This document shows, piece after piece, positions 1 through 17,368 of a stretch of 64,000 nucleotides of DNA. A model generated the notes under the pieces. The model ran no database searches. It had not been told where the DNA came from and was given only the letters and a program-made list of their open reading frames with translations. The translations under genes and the position numbers were made by a program. The stretch's first letter is position 1; every line of letters starts with the position of its first letter. Source of the DNA: the human T2T-CHM13v2.0 reference genome, Homo sapiens; NCBI RefSeq assembly GCF_009914755.1, contig NC_060935.1. One strand, 5' to 3'.

Positions 1-623
1 TTTGGTCTCAGGATTCTGATTTTCTGTTATAGACATCTCAGTTCACACTCTGAGAGGACACCACAAACAGTGATAAGGGTGACAGCTGTCACCAGCACCT
101 TTATCACATGTGAAAGTGTATGTATGCCTGAGAAGTCCACATGTTTTAAGCAAGAGACAGAGATGGAAGTGAGAGCTATTGGTGGATTTTAAACATGCCC
201 GCAAAGTAATACCTTATGCCTATTTGATTTATAAACGGCCCCTCTGCCAAGGTCATCTTAAGGGAACCAAGGAAACGGGGCTTTCTTCCTCTTTTGTGTG
301 GCTGGGAAAAATAAATAGTTGGCCCCCAGAGTTACAACTTTCTTCTTCACTTGTATGTTGTAACCCTAGAGATTCTCCTGCTCCATCAAAGGAAACATCT
401 GCTGTCATCTGTGCTTTTACTGTTGCTGTTAAATATTTCTTTCATTTTTGCATGACAACCTGCTGAGAAATAGAAACTCAGGGCATTATTTCCATGTGTG
501 AGAGGGGAGGGATGCGATGGCTCAGGGAGAGGCCGCTTGGGCTTTTCTGCCTCCCACTGGAAATGTCTGTGTCTCGGTTGTCCAGTAATTATGGCCCAGT
601 GTTCAGTCAGTCAGAGGGTTTCA

Positions 624-965
<342 letters not shown>

Positions 966-1473
966 TTAGTATGCCTGCCTTCTCCCTAGGAAAAATGCCC
1001 CAGCTCCATGCACCCTACCAAGGTGTGGCAGGGACACTGTTTACTGCCTGCAGGCTACACCTGCTTAGAAGGTGTAATGAGTCCAAGCTGTGGTTTAAAC
1101 TCTGGCTCTGAGGCTGTGATTCTTTATTCACATCCTTGTCTTTCTAGACTTTCTAGATCTCCATTTCTTTGCCCCTTTTTCTGCCAAAAAATAGTCTCCA
1201 TCCTCTCAGTAGAAAGCCACACAGAGCAACAAGAAAGTGTCCCAGGCAATCGGAGCCTGTCCAGATGGATGGGTGTGAAGTAGAACAAACTGTCCTTTAC
1301 TCCCAGTGTCCCATGGGAAACAGCGTCTCTGTTCATAACAGAGTGCAGTTCTGAGCTGCCTCCCTCGGGGTGGGCTCTGCCTCCAGCCTGAGGCATCCCA
1401 CCTGTTGCGCAGCTGTTCTAACTCAACTGCACTCACTTTTCTCACTCTTCTGTTTGTTCTTTTGCCATACTAG

Positions 1474-1582
1474 CTCCGGCTCCCACCTTGTCTTTGTCCC
1501 GTCATTGAGAGATGTGCACCATGAGCCTGTGTACCCCCAGCCGCCTTTCAGCTACTCCGATCTGTCTCGAGAGGACAAAAAG
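1474..1582 (+). CDS. POLA2: POLA2 internal coding exon (SGSHLVFVPSLRDVHHEPVYPQPPFSYSDLSREDKK)
   Basis: Polypyrimidine tract + tag acceptor (1472-1473), AAG|gtagca donor, 109 nt; VPSLRD..H..YPQPP is the phosphoesterase-like motif of the pol alpha B subunit. Confidence 0.96.
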
Positions 1583-1866
1583 GTAGCAGCACCCACTCCT
1601 TGACCAGCAGGCAGCCAGAATCCAGCATGCCTCTGCCACTAGCTCTGGCCCTGAAGGGGAGGGTGGAGAGGCCTCTTTAGGGTGTGCGTACAGCCTGAAT
1701 CTTAAACTCCTTTTTTTAAACAGGCAAATGTGTCCAAAAGCTTGATGTATGTTGGTTTGGTCCCCCTTTCCGTGGTCTCCCCAGCCCTCAGACAACCCCC
1801 ACTTTCATGGGAAGATGTTTCTAGCTTTGGCATACAAATGTTTGTTTCAATCCGTTCTCATTTTAG

Positions 1867-1973
1867 CAAGTACAGTTTGTGTCCGAGCCCTGCAGCCTCT
1901 CCATAAACGGAGTGATCTTCGGCTTGACATCCACAGATCTGCTTTTCCACCTGGGGGCCGAGGAGATCAGTAG
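1867..1973 (+). CDS. POLA2: POLA2 coding exon (QVQFVSEPCSLSINGVIFGLTSTDLLFHLGAEEIS)
   Basis: ttttag acceptor, TAG|gtaaga donor, 107 nt, phases match both neighbouring exons. Confidence 0.96.
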
Positions 1974-2860
1974 GTAAGAAGTGTGTTCCAGGCCCCAAGC
2001 AGGATGACTGGCTTTCTGGTCCCAGCCCTTTCTGCAGCCAAGAAAATCAAGGGGCTGCTTAACGGTCTTGACCAGAGAGAGCTGAAAGCAGCAAGCTGTG
2101 CCAGACCCTCTAGCCATCTGAGTTTCTCTGTACCCAAGGGGAGGGGTTGGATGCATTAGTTTCTGTTACCACCTCTCTAAACTGCGTTTGAGACCCCAAA
2201 GAACCACGTCCATTCTGTCTTTGCACTTAAAGGCATCAAAATTCATCTACATTTTCTTTTCTGCTCCCCTTTTTTTTCATTTCCCAAATTTGTGACCTGA
2301 AAACAAATGTGGACATCCTGTTTGTGGAGGATAAACTGGGAATTTTCTCTGAAGGATTTTCTTCACTACCAGTACAACATCCAGCTCTGCAGAGAATCAG
2401 GCCCTGACAAATTTGTTGAGTTGAAGTTGGGCAGCTCCGTTCTGCCGTCATCCTTGATGGGAAGGGGCATGTGAAGCGACTCGCGTGTGAAGCGAGACGG
2501 GTGCGGCTCCTTGGCTGAGGTTTGAGATTCAGGTCAGCCTGGCTACACACCCGCCTCATGATGGTGCCAACTTTGCATCCTCTTGCACAGTACGGTGCTG
2601 GCTAATGGCCTTCCTTGATCTTGATTATGAGGGATTCCTGTGCTTTCCCTTCTCAACCTGGTGTCCTGCGTCCCTCCTCATGTGGGGACAGACTGAGCTC
2701 CTTGTGGGTGGGTCTTTAAACTTCCCCAGAGGCATCCTCCTCTTGTTGCTGTGCCTTGGCCATTTACCTTCTCTCTGGTTTATTAAATTCTCCAGTCCTC
2801 CCTGAAGAGAAATGGGCTGAAAAACAGAGTTCTGTTTTCATGCTTTCTTTTCTTTCCCAG

Positions 2861-2920
2861 TTCTTCCGGAACTTCAGACAGATTCAGCCGAATACTCAAG
2901 CACATCTTGACCCAGAGGAG
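2861..2920 (+). CDS. POLA2: POLA2 coding exon (SSGTSDRFSRILKHILTQR)
   Basis: tctttcccag acceptor, GAG|gtgagc donor, 60 nt, phase 2-2. Confidence 0.95.
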
Positions 2921-3184
2921 GTGAGCTTGCCGCTGGGACCCCTGACTGTGGAGAGAGTGCCTTGGGGTCATGGAGCTATGACAAGCATGACTGTAAGAGC
3001 CTTCACCAGGCTACCAGCAGGGAACTTTACCCTGTGATGACAAGCCTGCATTCTGCCCCACACACACAGAGAAAAAGTCGGTCTGTGGATGCCAGCAGCA
3101 CGAAAGCCAGTACCTAGGGGGACTCTGTCTGAGAAGGGGGCCCCCCGGTCAGCTAGTGCTGACAATTTCTCTCTGTCTCTGTAG

Positions 3185-3311
3185 CTACTACCCACTCTAC
3201 CCGCCCCAAGAAGACATGGCCATTGACTATGAGTCGTTCTATGTTTACGCACAGCTGCCTGTCACCCCAGATGTCCTCATCATCCCGTCAGAGCTGAGGT
3301 ACTTCGTGAAG
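3185..3311 (+). CDS. POLA2: POLA2 penultimate coding exon (YYPLYPPQEDMAIDYESFYVYAQLPVTPDVLIIPSELRYFVK)
   Basis: ctctgtag acceptor, AAG|gtaggt donor, 127 nt; conserved SYYPLYP and PDVLIIPS motifs. Confidence 0.97.
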
Positions 3312-3985
3312 GTAGGTTTGAACTCTGCTTTTTCCCAGAAACACCAGAACCCAGTCTTTGACTTTCCCTTCTAGACCACCCGGCACTCACCCCTCATGGG
3401 TCAGCTGATGGGGATGGGGCCTCTAGCACCCTGCCCTGTGGCCTTGTTTCTTTGGGGAGGTGGTGGGACCAGAAAACAAACAACTCTGTCAGTAAAATGC
3501 TTGAGTAAACAGTGTCCTCTCCTCCCTCCCCAAGAGAACGAGAGCCCAGATGACTAGGAAGGCCCTCAAATGAGGGCTTTCACCAGGCCACATAGAGGTG
3601 ACCTGGGGAAGATTTCATATGTACACTTGCCTGTCCTCTGCCTCCCAAATTCTGATATGACCTCCAAGTGGGCTCAGCTGGGAATACCTTGAAGAAGCTA
3701 TTGGGTCATTTTGATCTCTGCCACCCTTTAGCCCTGCCTGCCTTGGAGTTAGGTCCCTTACAAGGAATCTGCCTAGACCAGTCCCCCTCTTGCCAAACAA
3801 GAGTTAGTTCAATCTCAAGAGGTTAAAAAAAAGTTTTTCACATGAGAAAGCAGTAAACAGCTAGATCAGGTTTGTCTCCAAGTTTAGGAGCTGATTGTCA
3901 TTCTGCCAAGTCACCTCATTCTTCTGTTTGAAAGACTTAAAAGGAATTCAAAGCTTTCTAGTGACAAGTTAACATATGTGACTGA

Positions 3986-4379
<394 letters not shown>

Positions 4380-4440
4380 TCACATTGGTTCCCAGTTAGT
4401 TGAGGCTCTCCAAACCTGTCACCTCTCCTCTCCTCCCCAG

Positions 4441-4590
4441 GATGTCCTCGGCTGTGTCTGTGTGAACCCTGGGCGCCTTACCAAAGGGCAGGTGGGAGGC
4501 ACCTTCGCCCGACTCTACCTTAGGAGGCCGGCAGCGGACGGGGCAGAGAGGCAGAGCCCATGCATTGCTGTGCAGGTCGTCAGGATCTGA
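4441..4590 (+). CDS. POLA2: POLA2 last coding exon (DVLGCVCVNPGRLTKGQVGGTFARL...QVVRI*)
   Basis: ctccccag acceptor; VNPGRL.KG..GGTFA motif; TGA at 4588-4590. Confidence 0.97.
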   Translation, partial: DVLGCVCVNPGRLTKGQVGGTFARLYLRRPAADGAERQSPCIAVQVVRI

Positions 4591-4920
4591 GGCTTCTGTC
4601 CTCTGCTGTTCTCTGCTGTGTGGGCCCTTAAAGTCTTAGCCAAGAGCCAAGACATAGCCCTGTGACAAGGTGAACAGTTGGGTGGGAAAGGAGAGAGGAG
4701 CCAGCCAGGGAGGGGCAGCTGCAGTGACCAGGCCCAGCAGGGAGGACTTGTGCAGCCGGGCCTGCCTCTGAGTGGTGCCTCTCCTGGAAGGAAGCTCTTG
4801 CTTCTCAGTCCATGCTCCGTGTCCAGAAGTAAGCCAGCTGTGGATCCCGCCCACTCAGAAAAGGCGAGAAGGCTTTGTGATTTTCTACATGAATCAAACA
4901 CAGAAACAACTTTTGGAGAA

Positions 4921-4926
4921 ATTAAA
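4921..4926 (+). terminator. POLA2: POLA2 polyadenylation signal (ATTAAA variant)
   Basis: Only AWTAAA hexamer seen after the stop, followed by GU- and U-rich sequence. Confidence 0.75.
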
Positions 4927-4969
4927 TTCTGAGTGTGACTTCTGAGTTTGACCTTTCTTCTATTTTCTT

Positions 4970-5270
4970 TTATTTATTTATTTTGTTTTTAGACGGAGTC
5001 TCGATCTGTCGCCCAGGCTGGAGTGCAGTGGTGAGATCTCGGCTCACTGCAAGCTCTGCCGCCCGGGTTCATGCCATTCTCCTGCCTCAGCCTCCTGAGT
5101 AGCTGGGACTACAGGCACCCACCACCACGCCTGGCTAATTTTTTGTATTTTTAGTGGAGATGGGGTTTCACCATGTTAGCCAGGATGGTCTCGATCTCCT
5201 GACCTTGTGATCTGTCCGCCTCAGCCTCCCAAAGTGCTGGGATTACAGGCGTGAGCCACCGCGCCCGGCC
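4970..5270 (-). mobile_element. AluY-like element
   Basis: gcaagctc..ccattctcc and ttagccaggatggtctcgatc diagnostics; 18-bp TSD cctttcttctattttctt. Confidence 0.93.
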
Positions 5271-7007
5271 CCTTTCTTCTATTTTCTTTATCCTGGTAGT
5301 AGACAAAGAATGTTGCCTATTTGACCTATGTCCAGAGAAGGCAGAGTGTCAGTCACACTGGGTTTCTATCCAGCCCCAGTCCTGTCCAGTGGGTAACTCT
5401 CAGCCCCACTCCTCATCCCCCAAAGGCCCCAGTGACCTCTATGCTGCAGAGGTGCACTGGGTGGGCCCTAGAGCTGGGCTGCAGAGCAAGCAACTGGCTG
5501 CATGCCTGGGCCTCCCTGCGCAGTTCCTCACATGCATGCTGTGGTCCCAGCCTGACCTCTCCATCTGGAGGGGGCCGCCTCGCTGGGCTGTTCCAAAGCT
5601 GGAGTCCTGGTGGCAGCTGCTTTGCCAAGTCGCGCAGTAGCCAGGGCTTGCCTGCAGCCCAGAACACTCAGACAGGGTCAGGCCTTCCAGGGTTCACAGC
5701 ACGTCCCATGCCCCTATGTCCTGGCATCTGGGGAAAAGCTGTCACTGGCCAGACGTGGAGTGGCTTCCTGCCCTAAGCTGGCAGGCTGTCCTGCCTCACA
5801 TGCCAGAGCCAAGACCGGCAAACCCCAGCTGTCAGGGCAGGGAAGTGGGCAAGGGGGCAGCAAGCTGCTGGTGTCTATGCCTTGACTCCGAGATAAATAG
5901 ATGACCTAACAGTGGCCAACTTTTGCCTCTCACCTTTCTGACGGTGAAATGGAATCGAGCCCCAGACCTGACCAGGGTACAGTAAAAGGTCTTCCTTTAA
6001 ACACAAGGAGCAGCTGTTTTATTTCATTAGTTTTATAGGCACCTCCTCTGAGGCCAAGAATTAGAAACTCATCCCTGCGTGGGGAGTGGATTTTTCCGTT
6101 CTCCCCCAGCTCCTCCACACATGAAGCAGCCAGCTGTGTTCCACGGGGGCACCATGACTTGTCAGCCTCCGGATGTGGAATTTTGGGAGCCCAGGCAATG
6201 GTTGCCTGGATACCAGTCGTGTGACTGTTGGAAATGATCTGGGAGGGCCGGGAGGGCCGGAGCAGGCATTTAAGAGTCAGACAAAGAGAAAGCGGGATGC
6301 TAACACCAGAGCAGACAGGTCTGGCAGGCGTGCCTCTGCCACCAGACAGTTCCTTTTTGCTCTTGTCAGGAAGGTGCCAAGTGACTGCTGGCTGACCGTC
6401 CCTAGACCCCACTTCAGCTGTGTCACCAGTTTCCCCAGGCATCTGTCATCCCAGGTATTCTCAAGCAGGCTCTGGGGGCGTGTCAGTGACGGAGGGTGGG
6501 AGGGTGCCCAGGAGGTCAGGCCCGTCTGCCTCAGCCCCCTTTGGTGGCCTCTCCCTGATCTGGTCATGGCCCCTGCCCTTGAGACACCAACTAGACGGTC
6601 CTGAAGAAATAGTCCCGAGCTCTTGCCAGGATTTGCCTCCCATGCCCATGCCCTTGCCCTGCCTCTGCCCTGGCAGAAGGAGCCGCCCTCCCTTACCCGC
6701 CTCGTGGCTTCCCTTTAGGGTTCCAGTCTCTGAGAGGGAGAGGGAGAGCTGCTGAGGGAACAGAAGCCACTCCTAGTTGCTGTTCCTGGGAACCCAAGTG
6801 GGTGCCAAGAATGCAGCGAGGGAATTAGGGCCTCGAGGGGCACCCAAGGTTGGGGGCCGGCAGGGCCATGGCGCGGATCCTCCATCCAGCTCTGCCTTCT
6901 GCAGCCACTGGGGCTTGGGGTTTCCTTTCCTTTGACCTCAGGGCACCCGGCCCAGCTCAACCTGGCCTTGCTGCTTCACTACTGCTGGGAGTAGCCATCT
7001 GCGCTGA

Positions 7008-8435
<1,428 letters not shown>

Positions 8436-10044
8436 GGGGAGGGGCTTTAGATTTACGAAGGAAGACAAGGCAAAGAGAGGGAGGGAGGAGGGACAGAGGG
8501 CGAGAGAGGGGTAAAAGAAAAGAGGGAAAGGGAAGGGAGGCAGTGATGGGCCCGGAATGGTGCTTCAGAGCCAGATTGTGAAGTCTTGCTAAGGCATTTG
8601 GACCTGATTCTTTCTGCCCCAGAGAATCTTGGAAGGGTTTGCCTCCCACCCCCTGTGCCTCACCCTGACCACCCAACAAGGACCAACTTAAGAGGAGTCC
8701 CAGGTGCAGCCTCAGTACCTGGTAGCATGTAGCAAAGGGGTGGTTTGAGGGGAGAGGGGCTCAGGGGAGGGGCCTGGGTCTGTTGGGGCAGGTCGGGAGG
8801 AAGAGGGGCACCAAGTGGGCCATTGGAATACTGGAAGCAGCACTCCAGTGAGACATGGGCGTTGGAGGGGTAGATGTGGGAGTCACTGCAGTCAAAAGCC
8901 ACAGAACTGGGTGCTGGGAGGGTGGCCGAGAGATGGATGGGCAACATCCGCACCATGGAGAGGACTCTGGCCAGCACTTGCACTTAGCATCACTGATCAA
9001 CAAGGCAAAAGGGTGGGACTGGCCTGGGGGCAGGGGAGGGAAGAGGGATGGCAACAGAGAGGTGCTGGGATTTCTGGCTAAAGAGACCAGAAGACACCCA
9101 TGGTTGTTCATGGCAAGACTCCCAGCTGCATTCAGGCATTTGGGACCTTCTGTCACCGTCATTGGTCATTCTGGGTCTTCAGTCCCCAAGCGACCATGCC
9201 TACTGCTGCTTTCGTGGGTCAGCCCTGGAAATGCCCAGGGGCCTAGGGGCTGGCCTGCCCTCAGACCCAGCTGGACTGCCGCTGGCTCTGAATTCCTCCA
9301 TCCTGCCCCGCCTCTTCCCGGGGCTCTAGGCTCCTCCCCACCCAGAGCCTGCCTGACAGCTGAGGCCCTGCAGCTGCCCAGGCAAAGGGGCCCCTGGGAG
9401 GTCTCAGGGACAGCTGCTGCCCATAACCTTGCTGACCCTGGCCCCTGCACACTGCTCCCTGAGATCCCAGGCTTCTGCCCAGCAGCCAGCAGGACCCTAC
9501 CAAGCCCCATCTTCTCTGCTCACTCCCATCGCTCCCAGATCTTCCCAGGGGCTGAAGCATTTTGGGCTGAGCATTTTCGTGCTGAGTCAGCAGGCCCCAC
9601 CCAAAGAGTGAGAAAAGCTGCTGGGTAGAGGCACCCCTAGCCCCGCTCCTGCTTCAGAGGAAGTGCCTTTCAGGGGTGGATGAGGGGTACACCTGCCTCC
9701 GTCAGGCAGGCTTGGCCCTGTTCAACAGGGTGGGGACCCTGCCCTCCCACCACCTGCCTCCTACCACAGAACAGGGCACAAGGGTGGCACAAGGGGAAAA
9801 AGGAGAAGGCACCATCACTCCTGATTCCCAGCGAATAGGGGGAAAAGGCATACTCACTCCTGATTCCTGGCAGCTTCTTCCCTTGAAGGTCCACTTTCCT
9901 CCTGAGGACTCGAGGCCCCTTCAAATTGCCCCTTAGAATGTTTCTAGTAATAGTAGTTGCCTCTGGGGACGGGTGTCCAAGGGCTAGGGGTCAGGAGTAG
10001 GAGGGCTCAGAGAACGATTTGTCATGTCCACACTCAACCTGTTT

Positions 10045-10889
<845 letters not shown>

Positions 10890-11474
10890 TTATATGTCGA
10901 TCCAGCTTTCTGTAAGCACTCCACACCCCACAGCTGTTGTAGCATCCACCTCCTTGGGAGGCAGGCTCTCAGAATCCCTGCTCCCTGAGGGCAGGGAGTG
11001 TCATGTTCACTGTTGTCTCACTGGTCCCTAGACAGTGCTTGGCACATAGTAGGCCCACAAAGAAACTCCTGCAGAAGCAGTGCCCTCCTATGACATGCCT
11101 CTCCACCTTCCAGAAGCAGGCAGCTTGGAAAGAAAAGAGGTGGGAGGCCCACCTGCAGGGACAGCACAACACCTGCTAAGGGCCCTGCAGGTTGGGGGTC
11201 TCTCCTCGGCAGCGGGATGCAGAAATGAATGAGTGGACAGAATCTCTGCTGCCACCCAGAGCTGCCACTCCAGCACAGAAACCTGTAAACAGTGGACACT
11301 GCAGAGCATCAGATGGAGTCAAGTGTGTCAGATGGAGAAAACCAGAGCAGGCCAAGGGCAGAGGTGCCTGGAGTTGTGGTGGGTGCTGCACAGAGGAGGG
11401 GTCACCAGCTCCCAACTTTTATTTCCTAAACATGTGTCTCCCATACACCCTCTTCTTGCTATCCCCGGCATCCT

Positions 11475-11790
11475 ACCATCCACCCATCCGTCCACCCATC
11501 CATTTACCTAACCATCCATTCTTCCATCCATCCGTCCATCCATTCATCTACCCACCCACCCATCTATCTATCCATCCACGTAACCATCCATCCTTTCTTC
11601 CATCCATCCATCCTTCCATCCACCCACCCACCCACTCATCCATCCATCCATAGACTTAACCATCCATCCATTCATCCATCCACCCACCCATGAACTTAAC
11701 CATCCATCTTTTCATCCATCCATCAACCCACCCATCAACCCACCCATCCACCCAACCATCCACCCACCCACCCATCCATCCACTCATCCA
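11475..11790. repeat. Degenerate (CCAT)n/(CCAC)n tetranucleotide array
   Basis: Visible catc/ccac repeats, including two copies of acttaaccatccatc. Confidence 0.92.
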
Positions 11791-12589
11791 TATTCACTGG
11801 GTGCCTACCACATGGCACACACTCTGGGGGACTGGCTATGATCCAATGGAAAATGGACATGAACCAAATGACAACGCCACGGAGAGGTCCATGGTCCAGA
11901 GTTTCCCACGGTATCACAAGGTGACCCAACATCAATGGGGGTCCAGAAAGCTTCCCTGAGGGGAGACATCACAGCTGAGAGCCACGGGAGGCATGGGGGT
12001 GGCCAGGTGAGGTGGAGGGAGCAAATCGCAGGGCTCATGGAGGAGCATGTGCAGGGACCTAGCCCTGGAGGCTGGGCACCGCCGACAGCTGACAGGCACA
12101 TGTTCAGGGCAGCAGGCATGGAGCACTGGCTGGAGGCTGAAGAGGCTAGCAGGGGCCCTGCTGCAGGTTTGTGACCATGGCAGCACACGAACAGGGCACG
12201 TGGCAGTCAGAGTGGTGTTTTTGTCTATCACCATGTGGTGTGGAGAATAGGCAGGCAGCACATCATCCTGGCCCCCAAAACCCTTGCGGGCTCCATTCTC
12301 CCCCCACCCCCACCCTGTCACCCAAGTTGTAAGCCTGGACTGGGCCTGACTCCCCCTTCTTCCTCCATGGCCCTCCATGGGGGCTAACCTATCACCTAAT
12401 CTCAGCCTTTCAACTTCATCATCTCCATCTCCAGCTCTCACACCACTCTTCAGGACCAAATTTTCTCTCCCTTCTACGCTAACTGTCCCCAGAAGTGGCC
12501 TCTGCCTCTAGTCTGGCCTCCCTCCAGGCCCCCCTCTCCAAAGCTGCCCGGCACCACCTCTGCAGAAATTCTGCAGTTCATTCACCAAA

Positions 12590-13590
12590 AAGAAACACAT
12601 GTGGCTCTTAAGCAAATGAAAAGGTGACCAGCCTCACGCATCGTAAGAGAAACGCAAACTCTAACTACACCCAAATTCCTTTGTTTTGTTTAGTTTTTGC
12701 CTTTCAGATGGACAAAAATCAAAATAGGTGGAAACCAGGGGCTGGTGAGCCTGAGGAGAAACAGCCCTGTTGACTGTGTGGGGGCCTGGTACCTGGCACA
12801 GTCTCCAAGAAGGACAAGCTGACAGAGCTGACAAAATGACCACTGCAAGCTGGGCACGGTGGTGCGTGCCTGTAGTCCCAGCCACGCAGGAGGCCAAGGC
12901 GGGAGGATGGCTTAAGCCCAGGAGGTCGAGGCTGCAGTCAGCTATGATGACACCATTGTACATTGTACTCCAGCCTGGGTGACAGAGCAGGACCCTGTCT
13001 CTAAAATAACAATAATAAGACACCACTGCATGTATCTTTTGCCCCCCAGTCCTCCCAAGTCCCTTCTGGGAATGTATTCCGCAGCAGCGCTCGTGCATGT
13101 GTGAAAGGGCTTTTGTACAGATGACTCACTGCGGCACGGCCTGTCTTGAGAAAGGGCTGGAAGCAACCTGAAGGTCCCTCTGCCAAGAAGTGCATCTGTA
13201 AATTACCATACATCCTTGTGCTGGAATACCGTGCAGCTGTGAAAATGAGGACACACTCTATGTATTGATGTAGAGTGGTCTCCAAAATATAACGTTAACT
13301 GGAAAACGCAAGGTGTCAAACAGCATGAACAGCAGAGGCTCAATGAAAGGGCTTCTCACAGTCCCGAGCAGGACGGCCCTCCGCCAGCTACCACCAGGGC
13401 CTGCAGTACTTTGGAACTCTACTTGTCTAAATATTGACATTTGTGTTAAAAAAAAAAAAAATGAGAGGGGCCCTGCTCGTTCATGCAAGAATATCCCTAG
13501 AAGTGTTTACAAGAAACTGATAACACCAGTTGGCTATAGCAGAATGGAGAACTGTCCCTGGGGGACAGGGATGAGACTTCTTGCCTCTTA
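12590..13590 (+). mobile_element. Old L1M (L1MC/L1ME-like) fragment interrupted by an Alu right monomer (12849-13018)
   Basis: Resembles the L1 ORF2 3' end (atgaaaagg..cctcac..agagaaacgcaaac..actacac). Confidence 0.65.
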
Positions 13591-13604
13591 GGACTTCAGA
13601 ATTT

Positions 13605-14583
<979 letters not shown>

Positions 14584-14719
14584 TCAAAAAGTAATTTAAA
14601 TGAAAGAAAATGCAGTTCTGATGGTGTTGTACCTCTACACACAGATCATCGTTGCCTTTCCCACAGCACTCGGCAACTCTCATGAGTGATCACCTGCCTT
14701 TAGCTATTCTGCAATGGGC

Positions 14720-15180
14720 CCTTCATTCTCAGTGGCAAGTGACAGACCCAACCCTAACTGTATTAAGCCAAAACTGGAATTTGTTGGCTCGTAGAATAGA
14801 AACTGCTTCAGGCATGACTGGATCCAGGAGCACAGGCAATGTCATTGAGATTCATTCTCTTGGTGCTGTTTTCTTCTATGTTGGCCTTATTCTTAGGCAG
14901 GCTCCCCCCTTAGGGTGGCAGAGCTGGCCACCAGCAGCTCTGGGCTGGCATCTTGACATTTGTGACCCTAACAGTCCCATCAAGTTCCTGGGCTGATGCT
15001 CTCTGATGTCATATGCTGGAGCCATTCCCATGACTCAGACTGGCTAGGCACAGGACTCAAACCCACTTTTAGAGCTTGAGGGTTGGGGGCCAGTCACACT
15101 GGAGACTAGAAAACTGAGGGACAGTCACCAGAGTGAGAGATGGATGCTGGGCAGGGAAAACAGTGCTTACCCACTACCCT
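14720..15180. mobile_element. MaLR LTR remnant (MLT1K/L-like)
   Basis: gcaagtgacagacccaacc..ttaagccaaaa..cttcaggcatgactggatccagg resembles MLT1 consensus as I recall it. Confidence 0.55.
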
Positions 15181-16551
15181 CTTGGCCTGTCCCCTCTCCT
15201 ATGCCATGGGCAACTGGACCTCTCTTGTTTTCTGCTCATACCATGACTTTACTTGCAATCCTCCTGGCCTTTGCCTTGCCAGGCCTCTGCCTGCTTCCCC
15301 TGGAATGTCCTTCCCTTTCTGTGCCTGGCAAACTCCTATTCATCCATTTATGCCCTGTTCACATATCACCTTCTCCTTGAAGCCCTTCTCACTCTCCCAT
15401 CTGCTTTCCCACCCATAGCAGACAGATCTCATGGCTGTTCTCTTTGGTTTTTCATTCAATTCCCAGTCATTGGCTGAACCCCTCCGTGCTGGCCCGGGAG
15501 GGATAAAGGGCAGAATCAATTATTTGTTTCTCACGCAGGTTATCTGTTCCCTGAGGGCTGGGTCCAGCTTTGGCCACCTGTGTCTTCTCTAGTCCAGCAT
15601 AGCCCTAGGCACAAGAGAGATGCAAGCCTAGGTTTTCAGAATGAGGAATGACAGGATACCTGGAAGGCACAGAAAGTGTGGAAGACAGCCTCTGCTGACT
15701 CCACAATTTACTCCCTACGACAAAATGACAGCCTTGGGGCTGGGACGCTCCCAGAGGGCTCTGGGAGGAAGTGCTTGGGCTGGTCCCTGCTAGGACAAGG
15801 CTGTCACCACTCTGGAAACCCCCATAGCCCTGGGCCCGAGGCCAAAATCCAGATGCGAAGGGAAGTGCCCCCAGCAAGGCCCTGCCACCCAACTCCCAAG
15901 GAGGGGTCCCAGGCAGAGGCAGCAGCTGGAGCCAACTCCGAGGGTGACCTCTCATCTCAAATCCCAGCCTCCAGTGGGTCACAGTTCTCTGAAGTGGGGT
16001 GAAGAGCGAGGAGGGCAGGGCTGGAGTTGGCAGGAGTCCAGGGGAGGAAGGAAGCAAGAAACAAGGAAAAAATCCAACCCAGGTCTGGGGTTGGCTCAGG
16101 CCACAGGGCCCTGCAGGCTGAGCTTAGGCTGGGACGTCAGAAGCTTCCAGAGGGTGGCTGAGCACCTTCTCAGCTCCCTGCCACCCTGCATCCCAGCAGA
16201 GGGACTGGGGCACCTCCAGAGACCCCTGTCACTTCTTAGCACCTCCCCTAGATGCACCCCCAAGATGCGCCTCCCCTAGATGCCACTCTTCCCTGTGACT
16301 CTGCTCCCAGACCCCAAGTCCCTGTCATCTCACCTGCCCCCCAGGGTCCTGGGTTCCAGGTTTCGTGCCCATGGAGAGCTGGCTTCAGCCTCCCTGGGGG
16401 TAGGAGGGAGCTTCCCTGCTGGTCTCTCCAATCTGGCCAGTGTTGCCGGAGGGGGCTTCCAACTCCATCCCCCAGGTCCCATGGGGGTGCTATGGCCGCT
16501 GGTGATGGCAATTTCCAGGAAGGAGAGGCTGGGAGGGGAAGGAAGGGCTGA

Positions 16552-17368
<817 letters not shown>

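Noticed and set aside
8855-9628. 257-aa intergenic ORF
   Set aside because: No recognisable domain, G/P/A-biased composition typical of GC-rich DNA, and no promoter, splice or poly(A) support
9806-9867. Short direct duplication (aaggca..tcactcctgattcc twice); similar small repeats at 16242-16283 and 62510-62595
   Set aside because: Only 2-3 degenerate copies consistent with slippage; no repeat-spacer array, so not CRISPR-like
11192-11959. His/Pro-rich ORFs
   Set aside because: Translations of the (CCAT)n array
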